A DNA stretch of 64,000 bases from an uncultured Candidatus Binatia bacterium (GTDB lineage Bacteria; Desulfobacterota; Binatia; Bin18): the NCBI GenBank assembly GCA_965247985.1, contig OZ252051.1, positions 53,953-117,952 of the forward strand, in the 5' to 3' direction. The position numbers were made by a program, and so were the translations under genes. A model generated the notes under the pieces. That model was not told where the DNA came from. It ran no database searches and was given only the letters and a program-made list of their open reading frames with translations. Positions 28,087 through 37,465 of this stretch are shown one piece after another. The first letter of the stretch is position 1, and the number at the start of each line of letters is the position of its first letter.

Positions 28087-28338
28087 TTTACGGCAGAACC
28101 AGAGCGGTAGGTCCTATATGAGATTTTACAACTCTAGCTAATCTAACGAATCGTCAGCTCTACTCCTGGCTAACCGTCTAGCATTGCTGAGCGCTGCACC
28201 GCTGCTGCGATCTGTTGAACCAGAGCACTGACTGATTGGAACCCAGCCGCAATCAAGTCAGAACTGTCTTTGAACTGACGTGAGAGCTCTCGGTAGAACT
28301 CGTGCGCCCACGCAGCGGGTGTCGATTGTAGCCGTTCG

Positions 28339-28773
28339 TTATCTCTCTCCTGGTTCAATCCTCTTGAAGTAAACCAACTCTGGATCGCCTTCGTCGAGGT
28401 TTTCAATAGTCCCACTGCGTTGATAATCGAGCTTGGCCAGGAGAGCTTGCATTGGTTTGTTTGATTGGTTCGTAGAGGTAAATAACTTAGGCGAATCACA
28501 CACGGACTCGATGTACTGCATCAAGTCCGAGCCGATCCCTTTTCTTCGATAGTCAGGATGAACAACAAGCAATGCGACAAACCCACAGCCAAAGAAGTGA
28601 TAATTCGGCATCATATACCCAATAATCTCTCCATCTACGTCGTAAACATGGCATTCACCCTGCTCCGCCGATTTGTGGATGAAGTGTAGCCGCTGAGCAT
28701 CAGTTTCAACAATCGGATCGAAGGCGAGGATCGTATCGACATCACTCGCTGCGGCTACTCTTATTCTTCCCAT
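28339..28773 (-). CDS. GNAT family N-acetyltransferase
   Basis: 144 aa. Motif A RRKGIGSDLMQ. Low-GC islet. Confidence 0.7.
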   Translation of the reverse strand: MGRIRVAAASDVDTILAFDPIVETDAQRLHFIHKSAEQGECHVYDVDGEIIGYMMPNYHFFGCGFVALLVVHPDYRRKGIGSDLMQYIESVCDSPKLFTSTNQSNKPMQALLAKLDYQRSGTIENLDEGDPELVYFKRIEPGER

Positions 28774-28811
28774 ACGATCTAATCGCCTCTAGGAAAAGCG
28801 TCTAGGCTTTC

Positions 28812-29258
28812 TCACCTCGTGACAGACTGGATTCTGAATGTCTTCCCTGATCGTCCAAGCATCCTCTTCCATCTCTCCATGTCCGTAACATTCTCGGTCA
28901 CCAATTCTGCGTTCGCTCGCACCGCACACAGGGCAATCAAAATATCATTGATATGATCCCGCGGTTCCACCTCTCCATACTGTTGCTGATAGCGAGCAAG
29001 AAGCACCCCGCTTAAGACCCAGTCGTCATGGTTTGGGGTCACCATATACCCTCGTCTTACGAATGCCTGGCTGATGCCATCGTAGTTCCTCTTATCGGCT
29101 CGTGTCCGTGCTCCCGCATAGAGCTCTTGCATAACCACCGAGCTCAAGCGTGCTCTGCCAGTGCGAAGCGCCTGTTGGAATAGCGCCTCATCCGCTTCTC
29201 CCCGAATGATGGGGATTAATACGGAAGAGTCGAAGAGGAGAGCGCGGCTCTGCGCCAC
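28812..29258 (-). CDS. vapC: PIN-domain toxin (VapC-like)
   Basis: 148 aa. N-terminal LLFDSSVLIPIIRGE PIN pattern. Immediately downstream of the RHH antitoxin gene. Confidence 0.75.
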   Translation of the reverse strand: MAQSRALLFDSSVLIPIIRGEADEALFQQALRTGRARLSSVVMQELYAGARTRADKRNYDGISQAFVRRGYMVTPNHDDWVLSGVLLARYQQQYGEVEPRDHINDILIALCAVRANAELVTENVTDMERWKRMLGRSGKTFRIQSVTR

Positions 29259-29263
29259 GATCC

Positions 29264-29479
29264 CTACCCCTTCTTCACACGTTGATAGACATCCCGGAGG
29301 GTTCCTCGGTGACGGAGTTGTTGCATATGTTTCGTGACCTCCTCTGCAAAAAGGCGGTCAGCAATAGCAATCCGGATCGCCTCAGATTCACTTTTTGCCT
29401 TTAACTGCTTGACTAGGCGCTGCACCTGCTCCTCTTCCAGCATGACATTCTTACGGGTCAGCGCAACAGCACGATTCAT
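29264..29479 (-). CDS. vapB: ribbon-helix-helix antitoxin (VapB/CopG-like)
   Basis: 71 aa. N-terminal KNVMLEEEQVQRLVKQLKAKSESEAIRIAI RHH pattern. 5-bp spacer to the PIN gene. Confidence 0.65.
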   Translation of the reverse strand: MNRAVALTRKNVMLEEEQVQRLVKQLKAKSESEAIRIAIADRLFAEEVTKHMQQLRHRGTLRDVYQRVKKG

Positions 29480-29582
29480 AAGCTCTCTCCTACGTATGAT
29501 TTTTCAATTTATTACACACTATGGAGATGATCAAGCGGAGATGCCGGGCGAGCACAGCGTCACTCGACATCTTCGTACTTTG

Positions 29583-30080
29583 TTAGACAGTCTGCTCAAC
29601 AGAGAAGTTAAACTGAACGCGCCTACCGTCCCGGCCTTGCACCTCCCGCACTTGGGGTGGCCCGCTCGTAACGGCCTTGATGCACGATTCCCAGAACTGA
29701 ACGGCAGCAACGTTCCGAGTGTGAATTTGCAGCTCCCACTGCCCAGGAAACCGCTTCCAGAGCGCGCAGACCGCACGCCGCCCAATGCCGAGGCGTCGCC
29801 TCTCAGGTTTGATGTAGAACTCCGCAAGTTGGTGGACGGCAGACCCAGTGGAGATCGGGTCTCGTATGAGGGCAAACCCTACGGTGTGGCCTCCGTGCTG
29901 AATGATGAAGGCATGCCGACCGGGCTCGGACCAATAGGCGTCGAGGTACGGGCAGGAGGCCGAGGTGGTCGCACCGCTGGGAACATCTCGATGGTTGCTG
30001 AGTTCGAGCAGGTATTCGTCGAGTAGCGAGTCTATCAGGTCAGCATCGGAACTGCCCGCTACCACGAGTTCAATCTGCAT
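29583..30080 (-). CDS. GNAT family N-acetyltransferase
   Basis: Motif A ERRRLGIGRRAV. Start preferred at ATG 30080 with GGAG RBS. Confidence 0.7.
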   Translation of the reverse strand: MQIELVVAGSSDADLIDSLLDEYLLELSNHRDVPSGATTSASCPYLDAYWSEPGRHAFIIQHGGHTVGFALIRDPISTGSAVHQLAEFYIKPERRRLGIGRRAVCALWKRFPGQWELQIHTRNVAAVQFWESCIKAVTSGPPQVREVQGRDGRRVQFNFSVEQTV

Positions 30081-30123
30081 ATAAGACAGAACTCCTACTT
30101 TCTTTGAATGGATATATATCCCC

Positions 30124-30531
30124 TCACCCAAACCGTACTACCGTCTCAGGGCTGTGCGCCACCACGGAGACAATTTGCCAGTTGTCGTCTGTCTTGCGTA
30201 GTGTGTAGGTCGCGCCGAGCCGCTCTAGCTCTTCGCCGGTTTTCGTATAGCGTACGGCCAGACCGCTGAGGAGCGCGATACGGTCTGTCATCTCTTTGAT
30301 CTGAATATTCGTAACTTCGCTCCGCCCATAATTCCGGCCTTTGAGATCTTTAATAATCTGCGCGAAGAGCTTTTCAATCTCTGCTTCACTTGAAAGCAGG
30401 GTCACACCTTGGTCTGCGATGAACAGACACGGAGCACAGTAAAAAGGCACCATCGCCTGGGCTTCACCGGTATGAAAGGTGTCGAGATAGCGCGCGTAGA
30501 ACTGTTTAATTGCCTCTTCTTGGTTTGCCAT
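30124..30531 (-). CDS. NTF2-like / SnoaL-like (ketosteroid-isomerase fold) cytoplasmic protein
   Basis: Start at ATG 30531 (MANQEEAIKQFYARYLDTFHTGEAQAM). ~135 aa. No signal peptide. Confidence 0.6.
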   Translation of the reverse strand: MANQEEAIKQFYARYLDTFHTGEAQAMVPFYCAPCLFIADQGVTLLSSEAEIEKLFAQIIKDLKGRNYGRSEVTNIQIKEMTDRIALLSGLAVRYTKTGEELERLGATYTLRKTDDNWQIVSVVAHSPETVVRFG

Positions 30532-30533
30532 TG

Positions 30534-30809
30534 TTATGCTTTTCCTTTCTGCATGTGTGGACTGGTTGATTGCTCCAACTGCGTTAAATAGGCAAGCGCG
30601 TGGGCGTTGGTGTGTCCACACATCTCTACGCTCGGGCGCAGGTTACGGCAGACTGCCGGGCGTTCTGGCCGGCCAAATAACAGACACCGATTGTTCGTAC
30701 TGAGGTGTAGACAGCGGACCCCAGCCGGTTTGCCCTGCGGCATGCCTGGCAACGGGGATGAAATAGACGGGGCGATACAACATGCTCCGCAGCCAACGCG
30801 ACACTCCAT
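30534..30809 (-). CDS. YkgJ/UPF0153-family Cys-cluster (putative Fe-S/Zn) protein
   Basis: CRVGCGACCIAP plus downstream C...C residues fit the CxxCxxCC family. Start preferred at ATG 30809 to leave a divergent spacer to coxM. Confidence 0.55.
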   Translation of the reverse strand: MECRVGCGACCIAPSISSPLPGMPQGKPAGVRCLHLSTNNRCLLFGRPERPAVCRNLRPSVEMCGHTNAHALAYLTQLEQSTSPHMQKGKA

Positions 30810-30881
30810 ACGTATTCCCGTCACTTGCTCAACGTTGCACCCTTTACCACCTTCACCGAGCCGGATACAAGCCAGAGCAGG

Positions 30882-31757
30882 ATGAAGCCGCCCCCGTTTG
30901 CCTATCACGCTCCAGCTAACCTCGAAGACACCTTCGATCTCCTGGAGCGCTATGGAGACGACGCAAAGGTGTTGGCCGGCGGCCAGAGTCTTATGCCGTT
31001 GCTGAATTTCCGGCTGAGTTATCCGTCTGCGTTAATTGATATTAACCACGTGGTGGGCCTGTCGTATCTTCAGCAAAAAGCTGGGCAGATCCGCATTGGC
31101 GCGTTGACCCGACAGAGAACGATTGAGTTTTCAGAACTGGTTCGCCGCCAGCTTCCGCTACTGTATGAGGCAACCACGTTGGTTGGGCATCTGCCCATCC
31201 GTACACGCGGCACCATAGGCGGCAGCCTAGCCCATGCTGACCCCGCCGCAGAGTATCCAACTGTCGCCCTGGTTTTAGACGCTGAACTGGTCCTTCAGGG
31301 GCCGAACGGACAACGAGTTCTCCCTGCCGAAGAATTTTTCGTGAGCTATCTGACTACAGCACTCGCTCCAAACGAAGTCTTAACCGAAATCCGCTTTTCA
31401 CCCTCCCCGCGGACAAGCGGCTGGGCGTTTGAAGAGTTTGCCCGGCGGCATGGAGATTTTGCCGTTGTTGGCGTGGCAGGAGTGATTGATACGGACGGCG
31501 AGCAGTGTCGGACAGCGCGTTTGGCTGCCGCTGGAGTCGGGCCAACACCCATTCGCCTCCGCGCCGCAGAACACATCCTGATGCACGAGGGAGTCACTGA
31601 GCAGGCCGTTCAGCGTGCAGCAGCCAAAGCAGCCGAACTCGTTGAACCCGATAGCGATATCCACGCGTCAGCCGATTTTCGACGGCATTTAACCCAAGTG
31701 CTGACTCGGCGTGCGATTAAGCGGGCAATACAACGTGGCCAGGAGCGAAGTGCGTGA
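30882..31757 (+). CDS. molybdenum hydroxylase FAD-binding medium subunit (CoxM/XdhB-like)
   Basis: FAD-binding PCMH layout (KVLAGGQSLMPLLNFRL, GTIGGSLAHADPAAE). Start preferred at ATG 30882. 4-nt overlap with the next gene. Confidence 0.85.
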   Translation: MKPPPFAYHAPANLEDTFDLLERYGDDAKVLAGGQSLMPLLNFRLSYPSALIDINHVVGLSYLQQKAGQIRIGALTRQRTIEFSELVRRQLPLLYEATTLVGHLPIRTRGTIGGSLAHADPAAEYPTVALVLDAELVLQGPNGQRVLPAEEFFVSYLTTALAPNEVLTEIRFSPSPRTSGWAFEEFARRHGDFAVVGVAGVIDTDGEQCRTARLAAAGVGPTPIRLRAAEHILMHEGVTEQAVQRAAAKAAELVEPDSDIHASADFRRHLTQVLTRRAIKRAIQRGQERSA

Positions 31758-32263
31758 GCGAGCCAAACGAGAGCAGCCAGATCAGACAGATCACGCTCAG
31801 CGTAAACGGCACGGAGCGCAGGGGGCAGGCTGAGCCACGCAAACTGCTGGTTGATTTTCTGCGTGAAGACCTTGGTCTGACGGGCTCTCATGTCGGCTGT
31901 GAACACGGCATCTGCGGGGCGTGTACGATTCTCATCAATGGCGAAGCCGCCCGCTCGTGTTTGATGCTGGCAGTTCAAGCCGATGGAGCGGAGCTGATGA
32001 CCGTCGAGGGCTTAGCCAAAGATGGCACACTCCATCCGCTGCAAGAAGCCTTTTGGGAACAGCATGGACTCCAGTGCGGATTCTGTACGCCAGGTATGCT
32101 CATGACCGCGTATGATTTGCTGCAAATGAATAAGACACCGAGCGAGGAGGAAATTCGTGTGGGATTATCGGCGGTGCTGTGTCGCTGTACGGGCTATCAG
32201 GGGATTGTGCAGGCTGTTCGGGTTGCGGCGGAGAAGCTCAAGGCTCGTAGGGGGAGTCAGTGA
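31754..32263 (+). CDS. (2Fe-2S)-binding small subunit of molybdenum hydroxylase (CoxS-like)
   Basis: CEHGICGACT and GLQCGFCTPGMLM cysteine clusters. 169 aa. Confidence 0.9.
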   Translation: MSEPNESSQIRQITLSVNGTERRGQAEPRKLLVDFLREDLGLTGSHVGCEHGICGACTILINGEAARSCLMLAVQADGAELMTVEGLAKDGTLHPLQEAFWEQHGLQCGFCTPGMLMTAYDLLQMNKTPSEEEIRVGLSAVLCRCTGYQGIVQAVRVAAEKLKARRGSQ

Positions 32264-32338
32264 GTCTAGGGCAGAAACCCACCCCGGCGCTACGCGCCAC
32301 CCCTCCTGGGAGGGGACTTTTTGGACTGAGGAAGTAGT

Positions 32339-34702
32339 GTGGAAGAGTTTACGCCAAAACTAGTTGGCGCGCGGGTCAAGCGGCGGGAAGATCGGCGTTT
32401 GCTGACCGGCCAGGGCGCGTATGTCGATGATCATCATCCGCCGGGTATGCTCCATGCAGCCTTTCTGCGCAGCCCGTATGCCCATGCGCGGATTACACAG
32501 CTCGATACTTCAGCAGCACGGACGCTTGAGGGCGTTGTTGCAGTCCTCACAGCCAAAGACCTCGTCCCGCTGGTCAAACCGGTGCGCGCTGCCTCGAAGA
32601 TGCGCGAGTACAAAGAGACCAGCTTTCCGCCTTTGGCTGTTGAGAAGGTGCGGCATGTTGGTGAAGCACTCGCCGTGGTTGTGGCTGAAAGCCGTTATAT
32701 CGCCGAAGACGCGCTTGAATGGATGAGCGTTGAATACGACCCGCTCCCTACGGTTGCCAACGCCCAGGACGCAGCCAAGCCGGATGCTCCTATTCTGCAC
32801 GCGGAAGCCGGGAGTAATGTCCTCTTGTCTCGCGAATTTGCCCGAGGCGATGTTGATGCAGCGCTAGAAGGCGCGGCGGTACGGGTGCGTGATTGTTTCC
32901 GTTTTCGGCGTCATGCCGCAGTGTGCATGGAAAATCGTGGCTGCCTGGCTGACTATCATCCCGGTACGAGTGAGCTGACGCTCCGCTCCGCCACTCAATG
33001 TCCGGGCTTGCTCCGCGACGCCCTGGCTGACCTGTTGGATATGCCCGAGCACTGTATTCGGGTGGTTGCCGCTGATGTGGGGGGCGGGTTTGGGGCCAAG
33101 TCTTCCCTCTATCCTGAAGAGATTACCCTGTGCGCGGTCGCCCGCCTGCTGGAACGGCCAATTAAGTGGATCAGCGACCGGCAGGAAGACCTCAAGACTT
33201 CGACCCAGGCCTGGGATGAAATCGTTGATGCCGAACTGGCCTTACAGGCCGACGGCACGATTATTGGTCTCAGAGCGGATGTCACCACGGATATTGGCGC
33301 GTACTCAATTTATCCCTGGACGGCCACGGTTGAGCCGATCCAGACCATCAGCTTTCTGTCCGGCCCGTACCGGATGCCACACTACCGCGGGCGCAATCGC
33401 GGCGTGGCCACGTGTAAGGCCCCGATGGGACCGTATCGTGGGGTGGGCCGTCCGATTACCACCTTTGTACTGGAAAGTCTGATGGACCGAGCCGCGCGCC
33501 GGCTGGCTCTGGACCCGGCCGAACTACGGCTCAAGAACTATATCCGGGCCGACGAATTTCCCTATAAAACACCGTCCGGCCTTGTGTGGGATCAGGCCAG
33601 CCTGACCGAGTGCATGCAAAAGGCGCGGGACGTGCTGGATCATGACACGGCCAAACGCTGGCGTACCCAAACGCGCGCAGAGGGGCGCTGGGTCGGCATT
33701 GGCTTTGCCACCTATATTGAACTGACCGGGGTCGGGTCGGCGATTCCGGTCTCGCCAGGGATGCCGATTGCGACCGGGACGGAGGCCGCGTTTCTTCGAG
33801 TCGATCCTGCTGGGACTGTCACCGCAACATTCAGCGTAGCCCCGCAAGGTCAGGGCCATGAGACGGCGCTGGCTCAGGTTGTGGCGGATGCGCTGGGCGT
33901 TTCCTTTGACAGCGTGCGGGTGATATGCGGCGACACCGCGCTCGCCCCGCAGGGGACGGGCACGTATGCCAGCCGCAGCGCGGTGTTAGCCGGCGGCGCA
34001 GCCATACGCGCCGGCCAGTCGCTCAAAGAAAAGGCGCTGAAAATTGCCGGCCACATGATGGAGAGCAATCCGGCTGATCTGGACATGCGGGACAGCCAGG
34101 TTTTCATACGCGAAAAGCCGGAACGTAGTCTGCCATTCCGCGCTGTCGCCAAGACGGCCTATGCCGGGCTGCGGCGGCTGCCCAAAGACATGGAACCGGG
34201 GCTGGAGGTCACACGCTTCTACGATCCGTTCTTTGGGACGGCTTCAAGCGCCACCCACGTTGCGGTCGTGGAGGTCGATACCGAGACGTATGCCGTCACA
34301 ATCAAGCGCTATATTGTGGTTGAGGATTGCGGCCGGATCATTAATCCGCTCATCGTTGAGGGCCAGGTCCGCGGCGGCGTGGCCCAGGGCATTGGGGCCG
34401 CGTTGTATGAAGAAGTGGTGTACGACGAAGAAGGGCAACTGCTGACCGGTTCGCTTGTGGACTACTTAGTCCCGACCGCCTCCGAACTCCTGCCCATAGA
34501 AGTCCATCACATTGAAACGCCCTCCCCCACCACGCTGGGCGGATTTCGCGGCATGGGCGAAGGCGGCACCATCGGCGCGCCGGCAGCTATTGCCAACGCG
34601 GTCTCCGACGCGCTGGCTCACCTGGGCATAGAGATCAACGAGATTCCGATTACACCGGATAAATTGTTTCGGCTGGTGCGGGCGGCGGAAGGGACACCTT
34701 GA
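32339..34702 (+). CDS. molybdopterin-binding large subunit of xanthine-dehydrogenase-family Mo hydroxylase (CoxL-like, not canonical form-I CODH)
   Basis: 787 aa. N-terminal KRREDRRLLTGQGAYVDD. Active-site loop PYRGVGRP rather than the VAYRCSFR of form-I CO dehydrogenase. C-terminal GEGGTIGAPAAIANA. Confidence 0.9.
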   Translation: MEEFTPKLVGARVKRREDRRLLTGQGAYVDDHHPPGMLHAAFLRSPYAHARITQLDTSAARTLEGVVAVLTAKDLVPLVKPVRAASKMREYKETSFPPLAVEKVRHVGEALAVVVAESRYIAEDALEWMSVEYDPLPTVANAQDAAKPDAPILHAEAGSNVLLSREFARGDVDAALEGAAVRVRDCFRFRRHAAVCMENRGCLADYHPGTSELTLRSATQCPGLLRDALADLLDMPEHCIRVVAADVGGGFGAKSSLYPEEITLCAVARLLERPIKWISDRQEDLKTSTQAWDEIVDAELALQADGTIIGLRADVTTDIGAYSIYPWTATVEPIQTISFLSGPYRMPHYRGRNRGVATCKAPMGPYRGVGRPITTFVLESLMDRAARRLALDPAELRLKNYIRADEFPYKTPSGLVWDQASLTECMQKARDVLDHDTAKRWRTQTRAEGRWVGIGFATYIELTGVGSAIPVSPGMPIATGTEAAFLRVDPAGTVTATFSVAPQGQGHETALAQVVADALGVSFDSVRVICGDTALAPQGTGTYASRSAVLAGGAAIRAGQSLKEKALKIAGHMMESNPADLDMRDSQVFIREKPERSLPFRAVAKTAYAGLRRLPKDMEPGLEVTRFYDPFFGTASSATHVAVVEVDTETYAVTIKRYIVVEDCGRIINPLIVEGQVRGGVAQGIGAALYEEVVYDEEGQLLTGSLVDYLVPTASELLPIEVHHIETPSPTTLGGFRGMGEGGTIGAPAAIANAVSDALAHLGIEINEIPITPDKLFRLVRAAEGTP

Positions 34703-34723
34703 AACTCTGCCCTCGACGCTTGC

Positions 34724-35062
34724 TCACACACGTTCGTGTAATTCCTCTCGGACAACCTGTCGGACAGCGTCGAGCACGGATTGCTGTTTGATATGGTCTA
34801 CGAGCGCCTCATTGATAAGGGTCTGGTAGTTCCCTCCCCCAGCGGCATTGACGATACCTCTGAAATAATCGAGGACTGCGTTGTCTAAGCGAATGGTAAT
34901 CTTTGTTTTACCCGCTTGGCTTGCTCCAAGTTTTTTTGCCGTCTGAGGATGTGCCTTCGACAAGGGCTGCATTGCCCGGAGCTGCGCATCGGTCAGCGGA
35001 GGAATTTCGATATCTTTATCCTTCGTACTTCGCATATTCTTGCCAATAGAATCTCGCTTCAT
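34724..35062 (-). CDS. brnA: BrnA antitoxin
   Basis: C-terminal KITIRLDNAVLDYFRG...NYQTLINEALVD typical of BrnA/COG3514. Overlaps the toxin gene. Low-GC islet. Confidence 0.7.
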   Translation of the reverse strand: MKRDSIGKNMRSTKDKDIEIPPLTDAQLRAMQPLSKAHPQTAKKLGASQAGKTKITIRLDNAVLDYFRGIVNAAGGGNYQTLINEALVDHIKQQSVLDAVRQVVREELHERV

Positions 35063-35300
35063 ACTTCTCCGCCTTTCGCGCTGAGATCAGATGTATGCTG
35101 TCTTCCTCTATTATATGCACAACAACGAGTACTTGAGCGCCGAAGAGCCCCATACTGACAAAGCGTTGTTCGCCATAATCCTCACGAGTGTCTTCAACAG
35201 TAGTGACGAAGCCGTCAAAAATCAGAGCGGCATCAGCAAGCGCAACACTGTGTTTCGCCAAATTTTGAGCGGTCTTACGCGAATCCCAGGTAAAGTCCAC
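35016..35300 (-). CDS. brnT: BrnT ribonuclease toxin (DUF497)
   Basis: MDFTWDSRKTAQNLAKHSVALADAALIF..ISARKAEKYE colinear with BrnT. 94 aa. Confidence 0.75.
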   Translation of the reverse strand: MDFTWDSRKTAQNLAKHSVALADAALIFDGFVTTVEDTREDYGEQRFVSMGLFGAQVLVVVHIIEEDSIHLISARKAEKYEARFYWQEYAKYEG

Positions 35301-35357
35301 TCCTTAAAGGTATGGCTATTTGTCCATACATTCAAGAGGGTATAGTTTGCTCACGCC

Positions 35358-36116
35358 TCACATCCGTAAATACGAAGCGCCATTCACATCGACAATGGTC
35401 CCGGTTGCAAAATTTGCTTCGCCTGAGGCGAGGAAGGCGACTAGGGCGGCCACCTCTTCCGGCTTGCCCACGCGGCCTAATGGGCTTTGCTGACGGATGG
35501 CGTCGCCTCGGGGACTGGCCAGAATGGACGCGGACATATCGGTTTCTACAAAACCTGGCGCGACAACGTACACAAAGATGTTATGCGGAGCGAAGGCTTG
35601 GGCCAGAGATTGGCTCATTGCATTGAGTGCGGCCTTACTCGCCGCGTAGGCAGGCGCTTTGGGCGTTCCCCGAAAAGCCCCCCGTGAGGAAATATTCACT
35701 ATTTGCCCTCCGCCGTTTTCTGCCATATGTCGGGCGGCCCAGAACATCACATTGGCCGGTCCGACCACGTTGGTGTCGAGCGAGCGCTGCCACACGTCGT
35801 TCCACACCTCGTACTCAACTCGGAGCGGCGGCTGCCACTCGTTGATCGCGGCGTTGTTCACAACAATCTGTAGCCCGCCCATCTGGTTGATCACAGCAGA
35901 CAGCATCTCTTCCACGGCTTGTGCGTCGGCAATATCGGCTTGAAAGATCTGGTGGGAGCCTTCGGGTAGGGCCGCCAGAGTATGCTCGGCAGCTTCGTGG
36001 TTTTGATTGTAATGAATGGCAATACGCGCTCCCTCTTGCGCCAGCTTGAGCGCAACGGCTCGACCGATACCCCGTGACGCGCCCGTCACGAGTGCCACTT
36101 TCTCCGATGTAACCAT
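35358..36116 (-). CDS. SDR family oxidoreductase (FabG-like)
   Basis: Start at ATG 36116 (MVTSEKVALVTGASRGIGRA) with AGGAGA RBS. The track ORF is N-terminally over-extended. Confidence 0.85.
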   Translation of the reverse strand: MVTSEKVALVTGASRGIGRAVALKLAQEGARIAIHYNQNHEAAEHTLAALPEGSHQIFQADIADAQAVEEMLSAVINQMGGLQIVVNNAAINEWQPPLRVEYEVWNDVWQRSLDTNVVGPANVMFWAARHMAENGGGQIVNISSRGAFRGTPKAPAYAASKAALNAMSQSLAQAFAPHNIFVYVVAPGFVETDMSASILASPRGDAIRQQSPLGRVGKPEEVAALVAFLASGEANFATGTIVDVNGASYLRM

Positions 36117-36135
36117 ACACGTCTCTCCTTGTGTG

Positions 36136-37209
36136 CTATGCGGCTTGTGCCTCACGCTCAGCCACAAGCGCCCGGATTCTCGGGATGAGTTCTTGGCCAA
36201 ATTCCGTTACGTCATGAAACGGATCAAATCCACGGATGAGCACACCGCGCATGCCCAAGTCGTAATAGGCGGCGATGGATTCTGCGACTTGCTCAGGAGT
36301 CCCGACCAAGGCCGTGGTATTACCGCTTGCCCCGGAGATCTTCACGAGGCCCATCCACAGGCGTTCATCATAGACCTCTTGCTCGTCAGCCAACTGGGTC
36401 AGGCGACGGCTAAACTCGGCTTCGACCTTAAGGGGTAATCGAGGGCTAGATTCTTCTAAACGAGCCAGGATCCCACGCGCTTTGTCCCACGCTGCTCCCT
36501 CAGTCGGCGCAATAATCGGTCGGAGAGACACATTGAAACGGGGCTGGCGGTTATACCGTGCCGCTTCTGCGGAGATACGGTCTATCATGGCTTTCACCGA
36601 GGCTCGCGGCTCGCCAAAGAGGGCATACACATCAGCATGCCTGGCTCCAACCTGAACCGCAGCATCAGAGGCCCCACCAAAATAGATGGGTACATGGGGC
36701 TGCTGGGCGGAGCGGACTTCAGAGAAAGCTTTCTTGACTGAGTAATAGCGTCCTTCAAAGTTGAATGGCTTGTCAGCCGTCCACATCCGGCGCAGGATCT
36801 CCAGATATTCTTCTGTCCGTACATAGCGCTCATCATGACTGAGCCAGTCACCGTCACGTTGTTGCTCAGCATCGGCTGTACCCGAAATGATGTGGAGCCA
36901 CAGCCGTCCGCCGGTCAGCGTATCGCACGTGGCAGCCGTCCGCGCGGCGAGGGTCGGCATGACAAAGCCAGGACGGTGGGCGACTAGGAAGTTGAGCTGT
37001 TCGGTGTGGGCGGCAGCGTATTGGGCAACCTGAAAGCCTTCGGCAGAGGAGGACGTGTAACCGACTAATACGGAGTCAAAACCGGCGTGCTCATGCGCTT
37101 GGGCAAAACGGCGTAGGTATTCTCGATCAATACCACCCCCAATGACGTGCACCGTGGCTCCACCACCCGGTGGGGCCACGCCGATCATACCAAGAATATT
37201 CATGGGCAT
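36136..37209 (-). CDS. LLM family flavin-dependent oxidoreductase
   Basis: 357 aa LLM fold. Confidence 0.85.
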   Translation of the reverse strand: MPMNILGMIGVAPPGGGATVHVIGGGIDREYLRRFAQAHEHAGFDSVLVGYTSSSAEGFQVAQYAAAHTEQLNFLVAHRPGFVMPTLAARTAATCDTLTGGRLWLHIISGTADAEQQRDGDWLSHDERYVRTEEYLEILRRMWTADKPFNFEGRYYSVKKAFSEVRSAQQPHVPIYFGGASDAAVQVGARHADVYALFGEPRASVKAMIDRISAEAARYNRQPRFNVSLRPIIAPTEGAAWDKARGILARLEESSPRLPLKVEAEFSRRLTQLADEQEVYDERLWMGLVKISGASGNTTALVGTPEQVAESIAAYYDLGMRGVLIRGFDPFHDVTEFGQELIPRIRALVAEREAQAA

Positions 37210-37465
37210 ACGACACCCCTTACTTTCTTTCCTGACGTTCCTGACGAATCAAATAGGCACACCGGAGACAGATCAATGGCGCTTTGGACGGCCGACTTCT
37301 TCACGCAGGTCTTCATAGACCACAAATCCACGCTCCAGCAGCTTATTTAGTTGTTTCAACTCCACAACGGAAGAGTGCGATTCGTCCATGCTTTCTTTGA
37401 TAGTCCTCTTCCGGGTGCTGGAGGGCACTAAGGCCACCAGCCGCCACTGGCGCTGTCCTATTGTG

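Noticed and set aside
28170-28499. 109-aa minus-strand ORF overlapping the C-terminal 160 nt of GNAT gene 28339..28773
   Set aside because: Different frame over a confident CDS. No internal start downstream of the GNAT stop. No family match.
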